Shown: positions 1-9,145 of the stretch, piece after piece | Layout of the letters: every line of letters starts with the position of its first letter | Position numbering within the stretch: position 1 is the stretch's first letter | NCBI GenBank assembly: GCA_016218585.1 | Contig: JACRDK010000006.1 | Span: 1,823 to 65,822 of the forward strand | Length of the DNA: 64,000 nucleotides | Reading direction: 5' to 3' | Source: Candidatus Doudnabacteria bacterium | GTDB taxonomy: Bacteria; Patescibacteriota; Doudnabacteria; UBA920 | Notes under the pieces: generated by a model | Databases searched by the model: none | The model's input: the letters and a program-made list of their open reading frames with translations, nothing else | What the model was told of the DNA's origin: nothing | Position numbers and translations under genes: made by a program

Positions 1-1
1 A

Positions 2-610
2 GCAAGCACAGAAATTCAAATTATAAGCTTGGGTAAAGTTTTTTATATCAAGTTGCCGGACATTGCGATCTTAAAAGAAATCTTGCCGGACCCCAGCGTG
101 TCTTGGATTAAGTTGGATTTAGATTCCATTGAAAAATATATTACTGAACAAATGCCGGCAGGAACCGCCAGTTCCACAAATTCACTTTCGTCTAACCTTG
201 AACTGCGAAACAAAGTGGTAAAAATTTGGCGCGACGCAAAAATTTTAAATCCTGGTTCAAAAGCGGTAAGGGAAGTTATAGACCAGACTCCGGTTTTTCG
301 CTTAGAGCCCAGTGTAGATTCGGAAAAACTTACGGAAGCGGTAATAAATTCTATTAATACAATTCAAAGCTACCAGGGTTCCGCCGATTTAAAACTTACA
401 GATGACCAAAAAAAAGCCATTGCTGCATTGGTTGAAAAATTTAAAGTAAAGAGCCTTAAACTTTGGGTGGGGCAAAAAGACTATAAACTTTACAAAATTC
501 AGGTTCAAATTGCGGCGCCGTCGATTAAAGACGCAGTTCAACTAACGCCGCGGACTACATTCCGGCGCTTAGCTCTGCCAGAAATAAAAGCCGCGATGCC
601 AAACGAATAG
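2..610 (+). CDS. N-terminal part (5'-truncated by window edge) of a large surface protein, frameshifted into 625..1434
   Basis: Frame is open from position 2. The downstream frame opens at 529 and encodes a pilin-like helix upstream of the annotated 625 start. Confidence 0.55.
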   Translation, partial: ASTEIQIISLGKVFYIKLPDIAILKEILPDPSVSWIKLDLDSIEKYITEQMPAGTASSTNSLSSNLELRNKVVKIWRDAKILNPGSKAVREVIDQTPVFRLEPSVDSEKLTEAVINSINTIQSYQGSADLKLTDDQKKAIAALVEKFKVKSLKLWVGQKDYKLYKIQVQIAAPSIKDAVQLTPRTTFRRLALPEIKAAMPNE

Positions 611-624
611 CTGACATTAGGCAA

Positions 625-1434
625 TTGGCAACGGCTTTGGAATTGTATGCCTATGACAATAATGGCTATCCGGAAGGGCAAAATGGAATTCCTTTAAATT
701 TATCGCCAACCTACATTGGTGAAATGCCTGTTGCGCCTACTCCGGCGGACGGAAAATGTACCGACTACTATAACTCTTACTGGTACACGCCAACCGGCAA
801 GCCAACAGTGCGTGGAAACAAAAATGTTTACCCAAATTATGAAATAACCTTCTGCTTAGGAGGGATCACGGGAGGTTATGGGGCCGGCATTGCCAAACTC
901 ACAATGAACGGCATAGAAGCTTCGATTGAATGTCCGTCGACAAAAGAAAATTGCGAAAAATCAACTGAAGCCGAGAGCCAGCAAACCCTTGAAGAGATTA
1001 AACAAATGGACTTTGGGGCGGAAATTTCCTACGAAGCCACCTTTAAAGATTACGGCGTAAACAAAGAATTAACCGCGCCGCAAAATTCACTGGATATTTT
1101 AGAACTAATCACAGGCGCGCTTGGCCAAGCCAAGAGCCAATCCGCGGATGCTAAAAGATTGGCTGACATGAGACAACTAGCCGCCGCCTTAGAATTATAT
1201 TTTATCGACTACAATGCTTATCCGGACAACCTTTCAAAAATGGCCCCTATGTATATAGGCGTTATACCAACCGCTCCGGTCCCTGCCGGAGGGGCCTGCA
1301 GCGAACAGGACAATTCCTATGCTTACACATCTGCAAATCATCAGAATTACCAATTAACCTTTTGCCTAGGGTCGGCTACAGGCGGTTACGCCGCGGGAAA
1401 ACATACGCTCACCGAAGCAGGAATAAGCAACTAA
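625..1434 (+). CDS. Protein with two type II secretion GspG/type IV pilin-like globular domains (C-terminal part of frameshifted gene)
   Basis: Two repeats of A(R/K)xxSxDAKR(I/L)AD(I/M)RQLAxALELYxxDxNxYP...C...Y.(I/L)TFCLG. The first repeat starts upstream of 625 in the same frame. Confidence 0.6.
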   Translation: MATALELYAYDNNGYPEGQNGIPLNLSPTYIGEMPVAPTPADGKCTDYYNSYWYTPTGKPTVRGNKNVYPNYEITFCLGGITGGYGAGIAKLTMNGIEASIECPSTKENCEKSTEAESQQTLEEIKQMDFGAEISYEATFKDYGVNKELTAPQNSLDILELITGALGQAKSQSADAKRLADMRQLAAALELYFIDYNAYPDNLSKMAPMYIGVIPTAPVPAGGACSEQDNSYAYTSANHQNYQLTFCLGSATGGYAAGKHTLTEAGISN

Positions 1435-2555
1435 TGTTAAATAATCAATATAGAACCTGGATAGAAATATCCCAAAAAGCAATAACACATAACTATAAAA
1501 CTTTTCGTTCGCTTGTAAATCCAAAAGTTAAATACTTAGCCGTAGTAAAGTCTAACGCCTACGGCCATGAGCTTATTGGCTTTGCAAAAGCCCAAAGCAA
1601 GTTGGGCGCAGACTTTTTGGGGGTGGATTCAATTACCGAGGCCAAAAGTTTAAGAGAGTCGGGCATTAAAAAACCAATCTTGGTTTTGGGTTATACATTG
1701 CCTATTCATTTTGGTTTGGCGGAAAAATATAAAATTTCCTTAACTATATCAAGCGCTCAAGGACTTACGGCTTTAATTAAAAGCGGAAAAAAAGTAAAAA
1801 TTCATTTAAAGCTCGATACCGGCATGCATCGCCAAGGATTTTTTGTGAACGATTTGGAAAAAGTTTGCGAGCTGCTGAATCAACATTCAAAAATTTTAGT
1901 GGAAGGGGTTTATACTCATTTTGCAAGCGCAAAAAAACCGGACTCGCATAACGAAACAGAAAAACAAATTCTCCAATTCAAACAAGCTGTTTCAATTATT
2001 AGAGCGGCCGGGTTTTCTCCAATCACTCATGCCGCGGCAACGGCCGGAACTTTAAATTATCCGGAGGCTCATTTTGACATGGTCCGCATTGGCATTGGCA
2101 TGTATGGCTTATGGCCTTCGCCCGAGACCCAAAAAGTAATGGAGAAAAAATATCCGCTTTTGCCTGCGTTGACCTGGAAAAGTATTATTTCTGAAGCCAA
2201 ATGGGTTGAAAAAGGGGAGAAAGTAGGCTATGATTACACGGAAACACTGCAAATGAAATCTTTGCTTGCCGTAGTGCCAATTGGCTATTGGCATGGCTAT
2301 TGGCGCGCCTTTTCAGGCAAGGCTAGCGTTTTAGCAGGTGGCAAACGCTGCAAAGTTGTAGGCAGGATTGCTATGGATATGATAGTGATTGATATAACAG
2401 GAGTTCCCAAAGTCAAAGCAGGGGATGAAGTCGTGCTAATTGGCAAGCAAGGCAAAGAAGAAATATCCGCCGGAGAATTAGCTCAATTGGCAGGAACAAC
2501 GCACTACGAAGTTGTAACCAGGCTGAACCCGTTAATTAAAAAAGTGTATTTATAG
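1434..2555 (+). CDS. alr: Alanine racemase
   Basis: AVVKSNAYGH PLP-lysine motif, HLKLDTGMHRQG, VRIGIGMYG. Start moved to ATG 1434, which overlaps the upstream TAA. Confidence 0.95.
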   Translation: MLNNQYRTWIEISQKAITHNYKTFRSLVNPKVKYLAVVKSNAYGHELIGFAKAQSKLGADFLGVDSITEAKSLRESGIKKPILVLGYTLPIHFGLAEKYKISLTISSAQGLTALIKSGKKVKIHLKLDTGMHRQGFFVNDLEKVCELLNQHSKILVEGVYTHFASAKKPDSHNETEKQILQFKQAVSIIRAAGFSPITHAAATAGTLNYPEAHFDMVRIGIGMYGLWPSPETQKVMEKKYPLLPALTWKSIISEAKWVEKGEKVGYDYTETLQMKSLLAVVPIGYWHGYWRAFSGKASVLAGGKRCKVVGRIAMDMIVIDITGVPKVKAGDEVVLIGKQGKEEISAGELAQLAGTTHYEVVTRLNPLIKKVYL

Positions 2556-2703
2556 TTCACTATATTACTATATTGTATGATAGTGGCAGAAGATAGCAAA
2601 TTGGTTATTTTTGCTGAAGCCCTCGACAAGTCGGGATTATTTGCTAGGCTGCCCGCAGACGTAGTTAAATTGATAGACAAAGAATCGGCCCGTTAAATAT
2701 TTT

Positions 2704-2779
2704 GCCGGCTTAGCTCATCTGGTAGAGCAGCGGTATCGTAAACCGCAGGTGGTCGGTTCAAGTCCGACAGCCGGCTCCA
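2704..2779 (+). tRNA. tRNA-Thr(CGT)
   Basis: Cloverleaf: GCCGGCT/AGCCGGC acceptor stem, GCGGT-ATCGTAA-ACCGC anticodon arm, GGTTCAAGTCC T arm, encoded CCA. Confidence 0.95.
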
Positions 2780-2852
2780 TATTTAACTGGCTGAACAAAC
2801 CACAGGTGGTTTTATAAATCACTAAGCTAGGGTTATATCTGCAAAAAAATAT

Positions 2853-3461
2853 ATGAATTTCTTTCCTAAATCAGCAAAAAAAGTTTTTCAAGGAATAATT
2901 TTTGACGTATATCAGTGGCCGCAAAAAATGTTTGACGGTTCAGTTGCAACTTTTGAGCGAGTTATTAGGCAGGGAACAGTGGTAATAATTCCAACTGTAG
3001 GAAACAAAGTTGTAATGGTTAGGCAAAAGCAGCCCGGCACAGACTGGTATTACGATCTCCCTAGCGGCAGAATGGATAAAAAAGGGGAAAGCCCAAAAAA
3101 CGCCGCCTTGCGTGAACTTTTGGAAGAAACCGGCCTTAAACCAAAAACTATTAAACTTTGGAAGACTTACAGCCCGAGCGGCAAAGTTGTCCAAAAGGTT
3201 TACTTCTTTGTTGCCCAAGATTGCCAGAAGGTTGCTGAGCAAAAGCTTGATCCAGGGGAAAAAATTACAGTTGAATACAAAACTTTTGACGAGTTTTTAA
3301 AGCTTACCGATAATGAGAAGTGTTTTTTGGGGCCATTAATGATAGATGCGCTGCTTGCCAGAATCCACAGGCAAAACTACAAATATTTGAAGGACTCTTT
3401 CTTTAAATCTTGGAAAACAGCCCCAAAGTTCCCAAAAAACGGGCCAAAGAGTAATTGGTAG
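2853..3461 (+). CDS. NUDIX hydrolase (ADP-ribose pyrophosphatase-like)
   Basis: Nudix box GRMDKKGESPKNAALRELLEETGL, downstream LDPGEKI. Confidence 0.85.
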   Translation: MNFFPKSAKKVFQGIIFDVYQWPQKMFDGSVATFERVIRQGTVVIIPTVGNKVVMVRQKQPGTDWYYDLPSGRMDKKGESPKNAALRELLEETGLKPKTIKLWKTYSPSGKVVQKVYFFVAQDCQKVAEQKLDPGEKITVEYKTFDEFLKLTDNEKCFLGPLMIDALLARIHRQNYKYLKDSFFKSWKTAPKFPKNGPKSNW

Positions 3462-3493
3462 CAATTTGTCAAGAGCCCTTCCTTTGGCGACCC

Positions 3494-3522
3494 TTGACTA
3501 AAAGCCCTATTTTATATATTCT
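3494..3522 (+). promoter_or_regulatory. Sigma70-type promoter of atp operon
   Basis: TTGACT-17 nt-TATTCT, 11 nt before the ATG at 3534. Confidence 0.55.
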
Positions 3523-3533
3523 AAACGCGCTAA

Positions 3534-3794
3534 ATGCAAAATTTTCCTGAAGTGCCGGAGAAAAAACCGGAAAAAAGCAAACAACAAAAAGCAGGCATGT
3601 TGCTGGTTGAAGCCGGCACCGAATTTGCCGTTATGATAGGCCTGCCTTTAATCGGTTTTATCTTTTTAGGCAAATGGCTTGATACTAAGTATCAACACCG
3701 TTTTTTTGTTGTTATAGGGATATTTTTGGCAATCGCCTTAAGTTCCTACATGATTTATAAAAAAATTCAACAAATTAAAGATTTATTGAAATAA
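3534..3794 (+). CDS. AtpZ/AtpI family membrane protein
   Basis: Two TM helices with GKWLD motif, first gene of the atp operon. Confidence 0.8.
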   Translation: MQNFPEVPEKKPEKSKQQKAGMLLVEAGTEFAVMIGLPLIGFIFLGKWLDTKYQHRFFVVIGIFLAIALSSYMIYKKIQQIKDLLK

Positions 3795-4657
3795 TGTTAT
3801 TTTTACCCCCACTTAAAGCAGAAATACTATTCCAGATCGCAGGATTTCCCATTACTAACGCAATGGTAAATTCAATTTTGGCAACTGTATTGTTGGCAAT
3901 TTTTGCTTTCTTTTTAAACAAAGGGGTTAAAAAATACTACCCCAAAGGAAAAGCTCCTAAGGGTGTTTTGAATTTTTTTGAAGCAATTTTGGAATTTTTG
4001 CTCGGATATATTGATGGAGTTACCAAAGACAGAAAAAAAAGCTTAAAGTTCCTGCCGATTGTCGGCGGCTTGTTCCTGTTTATTTTAATCTCCAACTGGA
4101 TGGGACTACTTCCGGGCACGGGATCAATTGGTTTTTGGCATGGCGAAGAATTAGTGCCGTTGCTGCGGCCGGCTAATACCGATTTAAATATGACTTTGTC
4201 TATGGCCGTATTTGCGGTAATTTTGTCACACGTTTTTGGAGTGTTTACAATAGGCTTCTTTAAGTACGCCAACAAGTTTATAAAGCTTGGCGATTTGTAT
4301 CACGCTGTAGCCAGTTTGAACCCAATGAAAATGATGGTTGCCTTTATAGAATTTTTCGTTGGTTTAATTGAAATCTTCTCCGAGGGCGCGAAGATGGTTT
4401 CTTTGTCCTTGAGACTTTTCGGTAATATTTTTGCCGGTGAAGTTTTGCTCACGGTTATTGGTTCCTTAATTTCAGGCTATGGCGCATTTTTTATTCCTTT
4501 GCCGTTTATGGCTCTAGAATTAATAGTGGGAGTTGTTCAAGCTACCGTTTTTTCCATGCTTACTTTGGTTTATTTAACCATAGCCACAACCCCTGTTACA
4601 GACCACGCCGAAACGCATCATGTTGAAGCGGCGGAAGATCAAACTCCAACGGTATAA
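3794..4657 (+). CDS. atpB: ATP synthase Fo subunit a
   Basis: NWMGLLPG, SLSLRLFGNIFAGE, VQATVFSMLT. Confidence 0.95.
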   Translation: MLFLPPLKAEILFQIAGFPITNAMVNSILATVLLAIFAFFLNKGVKKYYPKGKAPKGVLNFFEAILEFLLGYIDGVTKDRKKSLKFLPIVGGLFLFILISNWMGLLPGTGSIGFWHGEELVPLLRPANTDLNMTLSMAVFAVILSHVFGVFTIGFFKYANKFIKLGDLYHAVASLNPMKMMVAFIEFFVGLIEIFSEGAKMVSLSLRLFGNIFAGEVLLTVIGSLISGYGAFFIPLPFMALELIVGVVQATVFSMLTLVYLTIATTPVTDHAETHHVEAAEDQTPTV

Positions 4658-4715
4658 ATGCGAATCTACAAATGCCTATTGAACTAAATCAGTAGCCATC
4701 CGTAGATCCGGATTT
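4657..4715. repeat. Two-arm imperfect inverted repeat (empty GxxExxY-type element)
   Basis: AATGCGAATCTACAAATGCCTATTGA vs TCAGTAGCCATCCGTAGATCCGGATT. CGAATCTACAAATG is identical to 16260-16273. Confidence 0.6.
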
Positions 4716-4823
4716 AATTTACAAATCTTGATCGGAAAATAATTCATCATTCACTTCCAGGCGACGTTAAACAAATTTCAAAAAAATTGTCGACCAAAAA
4801 GTGAACAAGAAAGGGTTTATACT

Positions 4824-5042
4824 ATGGAAGCAGAAGCAATAACAGTATTGGCGAAAGCCGCAACTATCGCAATCGGCGGTATTGCCCCAGCCATTGCAAT
4901 TGGTAAAACTGCCAGCAAAGCTATGGAATCCATTGGCCGCAATCCGGAAAGCGCCGACAAATTGTTCGTCCCGCTGCTCTTGGGTATGGCTTTTGCCGAA
5001 GCTATCGCTATTTACGCGTTAGTCGTCACTTTCACACTTTAG
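4824..5042 (+). CDS. atpE: ATP synthase Fo subunit c
   Basis: RNPE loop and FAEAIAIY with the conserved carboxylate. Confidence 0.95.
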   Translation: MEAEAITVLAKAATIAIGGIAPAIAIGKTASKAMESIGRNPESADKLFVPLLLGMAFAEAIAIYALVVTFTL

Positions 5043-5092
5043 TTTTAGATAAGTGGGTGGGATTCGTCCTGCCCATCAATTTACAACTTAAC

Positions 5093-5198
5093 TCGATCCG
5101 AATGTTTCGAATTATATCCGAATGCCCCGAATGGGAGCATTAGGATAACCTGCCTACCGGCAGGCAGGTTCGATGGCATTCGTAGATTAGAATCGTAT
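5093..5198. repeat. Two-arm tandem/inverted repeat spacer (CCGAAT units then ATTCG-like units) with 20-bp palindrome inserted
   Basis: Four CGAAT units followed by reverse-complement units. CCTGCCTACCGGCAGGCAGG at 5149-5168. Confidence 0.65.
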
Positions 5199-5202
5199 TT
5201 TT

Positions 5203-5757
5203 ATGAACTTACTTGATATTATTATTCCAATTGCCCACGCAGCGGAAGAACCGGCTGTTAAAGAAGGCGGCGTTGCCGTTTTAGGCATTAATTTAAAACT
5301 TTTCATAGCCCAACTAGTAAACTTTGCGGTAGTTTTGGGAATTTTGTGGAAATTTGTTTTCACCCCGGTTGCTAAACAGCTTCAGGCCAGAACAGAAAAA
5401 ATTGAAAAAGCAATGGCCGATGCCACCACCACCGAAAAAGAAAAACAGGAATTTGCGGTTTGGAAACAACAAGAAATTGCTAAAGTAAAAACAGAAGCCG
5501 GCAGCATTATTAGCAGCGCTCAAGCGGATGCCGGAAAAGTTAAGGAAGATTTGCTTAAACAGGCTAAAGAAGAACAGCAAAAGTTAATTGAACAGGGTAA
5601 GAAACAGATTGAACAGGAAAAAGCCCAAGCCTTACAGGCGGCAAAATCTGAATTGGCAGACATTATTACCACAGCAACAGAGAAGATACTTAGGGAAAAG
5701 TTAACTGGCGATAAGGACCAAAAACTTATCAAGGATTCTCTTAAAGATATTAAATAA
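5203..5757 (+). CDS. atpF: ATP synthase Fo subunit b
   Basis: FIAQLVNF TM segment followed by a long coiled coil, operon position. Confidence 0.92.
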   Translation: MNLLDIIIPIAHAAEEPAVKEGGVAVLGINLKLFIAQLVNFAVVLGILWKFVFTPVAKQLQARTEKIEKAMADATTTEKEKQEFAVWKQQEIAKVKTEAGSIISSAQADAGKVKEDLLKQAKEEQQKLIEQGKKQIEQEKAQALQAAKSELADIITTATEKILREKLTGDKDQKLIKDSLKDIK

Positions 5758-5760
5758 GTT

Positions 5761-5894
5761 TGTAAAATTAACCTAATTTCTAATTATTCTAAGTGCCCTA
5801 AACAAATTCCAAGCTCCAAACCTCAAACTTTAGGCATTAAACATTAAGAATTATTTAGAATAATTAGGTCAATTAGACTAATTAGAATAATTTA
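5761..5894. repeat. Two-arm AT-rich inverted repeat element, copy 1 (paralog of 10970-11102)
   Basis: CTAAT-like units then ATTAG-like units. Shares AAATTAACCTAATT and ATAATTAGGTCAATTAGA with copy 2. Confidence 0.75.
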
Positions 5895-5896
5895 TT

Positions 5897-6289
5897 ATGA
5901 AGTTCTCCTCCCAACAATACGCCCAAGCTCTTTACGACGCGGTTCACGAAACGAGCTCAAAAGACCACGATGTGGTTTTAGACAATTTTGTGAAGATTCT
6001 TGCCCAAGCCGGGGATTTAAATAAATATCCGGAGATTGAAAAAGAATATCACTTGCTGGAAATGAAAGAAAAGGGGATTAGCAGCGCGGAAGTTACGGTA
6101 GCTAAAGACATAGAAATTAACTCAGCGCTGATTGGCCAACTAAATGAGATTATCGGCAACAAAGTTGAAGTGAAAAAGAAAGTGGATGAAGGAATTGTTG
6201 GCGGAGTTGTGGTAAGAGTCGACGACACGCTAATAGACGCAAGCATAAAAACTCAGCTAGAAAGTTTAAATTCCGAATTAAAATCATAA
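5897..6289 (+). CDS. atpH: ATP synthase F1 subunit delta (short form)
   Basis: YAQALY N-terminus and IVGGVVVRVDDTLIDASIKTQL C-terminus. Confidence 0.88.
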   Translation: MKFSSQQYAQALYDAVHETSSKDHDVVLDNFVKILAQAGDLNKYPEIEKEYHLLEMKEKGISSAEVTVAKDIEINSALIGQLNEIIGNKVEVKKKVDEGIVGGVVVRVDDTLIDASIKTQLESLNSELKS

Positions 6290-6293
6290 ATTT

Positions 6294-6551
6294 ATGACTT
6301 CACCAGAAAAGGGTTCGTCTCCAGAATTTTCAGAACTTATTCCGGGTACACCTGTAAGAATAAAGGGTACTAGTGAACACCATATAAACCACGAATTTTT
6401 GCTTAATGGGATTACGGGTGTAGTTGTTGAGGTAAAGAATGACAAAGTTTTTGTCGCTTACAGAATACCAGGTGATTCAATACGAAGAGATAAAGCGCAA
6501 GAAACAATTCAACCTTTTGATCGCAGCGAAATTGAAGAAATTATTTCATAA
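6294..6551 (+). CDS. Hypothetical protein, KOW/SH3-like beta domain
   Basis: 85-aa ORF tightly packed after atpH, with pattern PGTPVRI..NGITGVVVEV. Confidence 0.55.
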   Translation: MTSPEKGSSPEFSELIPGTPVRIKGTSEHHINHEFLLNGITGVVVEVKNDKVFVAYRIPGDSIRRDKAQETIQPFDRSEIEEIIS

Positions 6552-6602
6552 ATCTTATATCTTAAATCCTAAACGACAATCATTAATTATTAAAATATAG
6601 TT

Positions 6603-6664
6603 GTCGTCCTGAGCGAAGCGAAGGATCCCTTAATAAAGAGATTCCTCACTGCGTTCGGAATGAC
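6603..6664. repeat. Palindromic repeat element (GTCRTCC...GGAATGAC, RPE/REP-like)
   Basis: GTCGTCCTGAGCGAAGCGAAGGATC...GATTCCTCACTGCGTTCGGAATGAC hairpin. Confidence 0.7.
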
Positions 6665-6689
6665 GCCGAGGATATTAATAAAAAATTTT

Positions 6690-8186
6690 ATGGCTCAAAA
6701 TATTGTAGAACAATTGAAAACTAAAATAACCGCCTTTCAACCGGGTGCGAAGGTTGAAAAAGTTGGCACGGTTTTGGAAGTTGGCGACGGCGTAGCTCGC
6801 GTTAGCGGCCTTACTCAGGTTGCCAGCATGGAAATGTTGGATTTTGGCAACGAAACTTTTGGCGTGGCGCTGAACTTAGAAGAAAACTTAATCGGTAGCA
6901 TTATTTTAGGCGACTATTTGCAAATTAAGGTTGGCGACACTGTTCGCGCCACCGGCAAAATTCTTTCTGTTCCGGTTGGTGAAAACTTAATTGGCAGAAC
7001 TGTCGGCGCATTGGGAAACCCGAAAGACGGCAAAGGCGCCATTGAAGCCAAGGCTTTTTATCCTGTAGAAAAAATTGCTCCCGGAGTTATTACCCGCCAA
7101 GGCGTAAGAGAGCCGGTGCAAACCGGAATTAAAGCCATTGACGCTCTTATCCCTATTGGCAGAGGCCAGCGTGAGCTTATAATTGGCGACAGACAGACCG
7201 GAAAGACCGCGGTAGCCATAGATGCCATCATCAACCAAAAAGGCCAGAATATGACCTGTATTTACGTTGCTATTGGGCAAAAAGAAAGCAAGGTTGCAAA
7301 AATTGTGGCCGAATTGGAAAAAAATGGCGCAATGGAATACACGATAGTTGTTTCCGCTTCCGCTTCTGAGCCGGCAGCATTGTCTTACATTGCTCCTTAC
7401 GCGGCAACCGCTATGGGCGAATATTTTATGGATCAGGGAAAAGACGTTTTGGTTGTATACGATGATTTGTCCAAACAAGCCGTAGCTTACCGTGAAATTT
7501 CTTTGCTCCTCCGCAGACCGCCGGGAAGAGAAGCTTATCCCGGAGATGTGTTCTATCTCCACTCACGCTTGCTGGAACGCGCTGCTAAATTGAATCCTGA
7601 TTTTGGGGGTGGTTCATTAACTGCTTTGCCAATTATTGAAACTCAAGCCGGAGATATTTCCGCTTACATTCCGACCAATGTTATTTCCATTACCGACGGG
7701 CAGATCTTTTTAGAAACAGATTTGTTTTATAAAGGCGTGCGCCCGGCTTTAAATGTTGGGTTCTCCGTGTCCCGCGTAGGAAGCGCGGCCCAAACCAAGG
7801 CAATGAAAAAAGTTGCCGGTAAATTAAAATTATCCTTGGCGCAATTCCGTGAATTGGAAGCCTTTGCCCAATTTGGATCTGACTTGGATGAAAACACAAA
7901 GCGTACTTTAGACTTAGGACGCAGAATGACAGAAATTTTAAAGCAGCCGCAATACCAGCCTTATTCCTTGGAAAAACAAGTTACTATTATGTATGCGGTT
8001 AACAACGGCTTATTCAATGAAGTTCCAGTAGAAAAAATGCCGGAGACTGAAAAAGCTTTTCACAAATATATGGAAGTTCAGGGCAAAGATGTCTTAAAAG
8101 CCATCCGTGAGACCAAAGAGCTTACCGAAGACACCGAGAACAAGCTGAAAGAAGCAATCAGCAACTTTTTGCAAACAGTAAAGTAA
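6690..8186 (+). CDS. atpA: ATP synthase F1 subunit alpha
   Basis: GDRQTGKT Walker [14 protein letters not shown]. Start set at MAQN because the upstream ATG lies in a repeat. Confidence 0.97.
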   Translation: MAQNIVEQLKTKITAFQPGAKVEKVGTVLEVGDGVARVSGLTQVASMEMLDFGNETFGVALNLEENLIGSIILGDYLQIKVGDTVRATGKILSVPVGENLIGRTVGALGNPKDGKGAIEAKAFYPVEKIAPGVITRQGVREPVQTGIKAIDALIPIGRGQRELIIGDRQTGKTAVAIDAIINQKGQNMTCIYVAIGQKESKVAKIVAELEKNGAMEYTIVVSASASEPAALSYIAPYAATAMGEYFMDQGKDVLVVYDDLSKQAVAYREISLLLRRPPGREAYPGDVFYLHSRLLERAAKLNPDFGGGSLTALPIIETQAGDISAYIPTNVISITDGQIFLETDLFYKGVRPALNVGFSVSRVGSAAQTKAMKKVAGKLKLSLAQFRELEAFAQFGSDLDENTKRTLDLGRRMTEILKQPQYQPYSLEKQVTIMYAVNNGLFNEVPVEKMPETEKAFHKYMEVQGKDVLKAIRETKELTEDTENKLKEAISNFLQTVK

Positions 8187-8266
8187 ATGACAAGATTGAC
8201 CAACAATGCCCTGCATAAAATCATGTCAATAATTTAAATCTTATTTAATCTTGTTCAATAGCCATT

Positions 8267-9142
8267 ATGCCCGGAATAAAAGAATTAAAAAACCGAATAA
8301 AAAGCATTGGTAGCACCCGTAAAATTACCCGTGCGATGCAAATGGTTTCCGCTGCCAAAATGCGCAAAGCCCAAAATGCAGCTCTAAACAGCCGCGTCTA
8401 TTCTGATTTAGCCTGGGAATTAATCCACAATTTGGCGCAAAAAACCCATTTAGAAAACCCTCTCCTGCAAGTTTTTCCAGAGGCAACAAAAACCGGGATA
8501 ATTGTTATTTCTACCAACAAAGGTTACGTAGGAAGTTTTAATACAAACCTGGCTAATAAGATAAAAGAAACGGAAGGCGTAGTAGAAAATGTAAATGCCG
8601 AACTGTTTGTGATGGGTAAAAAAATTAAAGAATACGCTGTCCGCTTAAACAAGAATTTGGCGGCAGATTTTCCAAAAAGCGACTCACTGGCCACGGTTGA
8701 AAGCATTTATCCGCTGGCAAAATTGGTAAGCGATCTTTACAAGACAGGGGAGTATAAATTTATTTCTATTGTCTTCAATAAATTTATTTCCACCATAAAC
8801 CAGAAGCCGGTAGCCAGACAATTATTGCCTTTTGCCGAAAGCTACATAAAAGATTCCCATTTTGTTGCCCCAAAAAATCCTCCCACGGAATATTTGTTTG
8901 AACCGGACCCTCATTTAGTTTTAGACAACCTTTTACCGAGAATTATTGAAAGCCAAATTTACCAGGCAATTCTGGAATCCGATGCCTCTGAACATTCCGC
9001 CCGTATGGTTACGATGAAAAACGCAACTGAAGCCGCTGAAGACTTAATTAGCGATTACACATTAACTTATAATCAGTTAAGACAGAATAAAATAACAACT
9101 GAGCTGGCGGAAATTACCGCCGGTAAAATTGCACTGGAGTAA
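8267..9142 (+). CDS. atpG: ATP synthase F1 subunit gamma
   Basis: KITRAMQMVSAAK, SEHSARM, RQNKITTELAEI. Confidence 0.97.
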   Translation: MPGIKELKNRIKSIGSTRKITRAMQMVSAAKMRKAQNAALNSRVYSDLAWELIHNLAQKTHLENPLLQVFPEATKTGIIVISTNKGYVGSFNTNLANKIKETEGVVENVNAELFVMGKKIKEYAVRLNKNLAADFPKSDSLATVESIYPLAKLVSDLYKTGEYKFISIVFNKFISTINQKPVARQLLPFAESYIKDSHFVAPKNPPTEYLFEPDPHLVLDNLLPRIIESQIYQAILESDASEHSARMVTMKNATEAAEDLISDYTLTYNQLRQNKITTELAEITAGKIALE

Positions 9143-9145
9143 GCT

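Noticed and set aside
1362-1433. N-terminal extensions in ORF track (alr 1362, atpA 6660, NYN 16712, helicase 18129, recR 42241)
   Set aside because: The extensions overlap upstream genes or repeats, and downstream ATGs match family N-termini.
4824-5042. Na+-coupled ATP synthase
   Set aside because: The c subunit has EAIAIY and lacks the Q..E(S/T) sodium signature, so H+ coupling is more likely.
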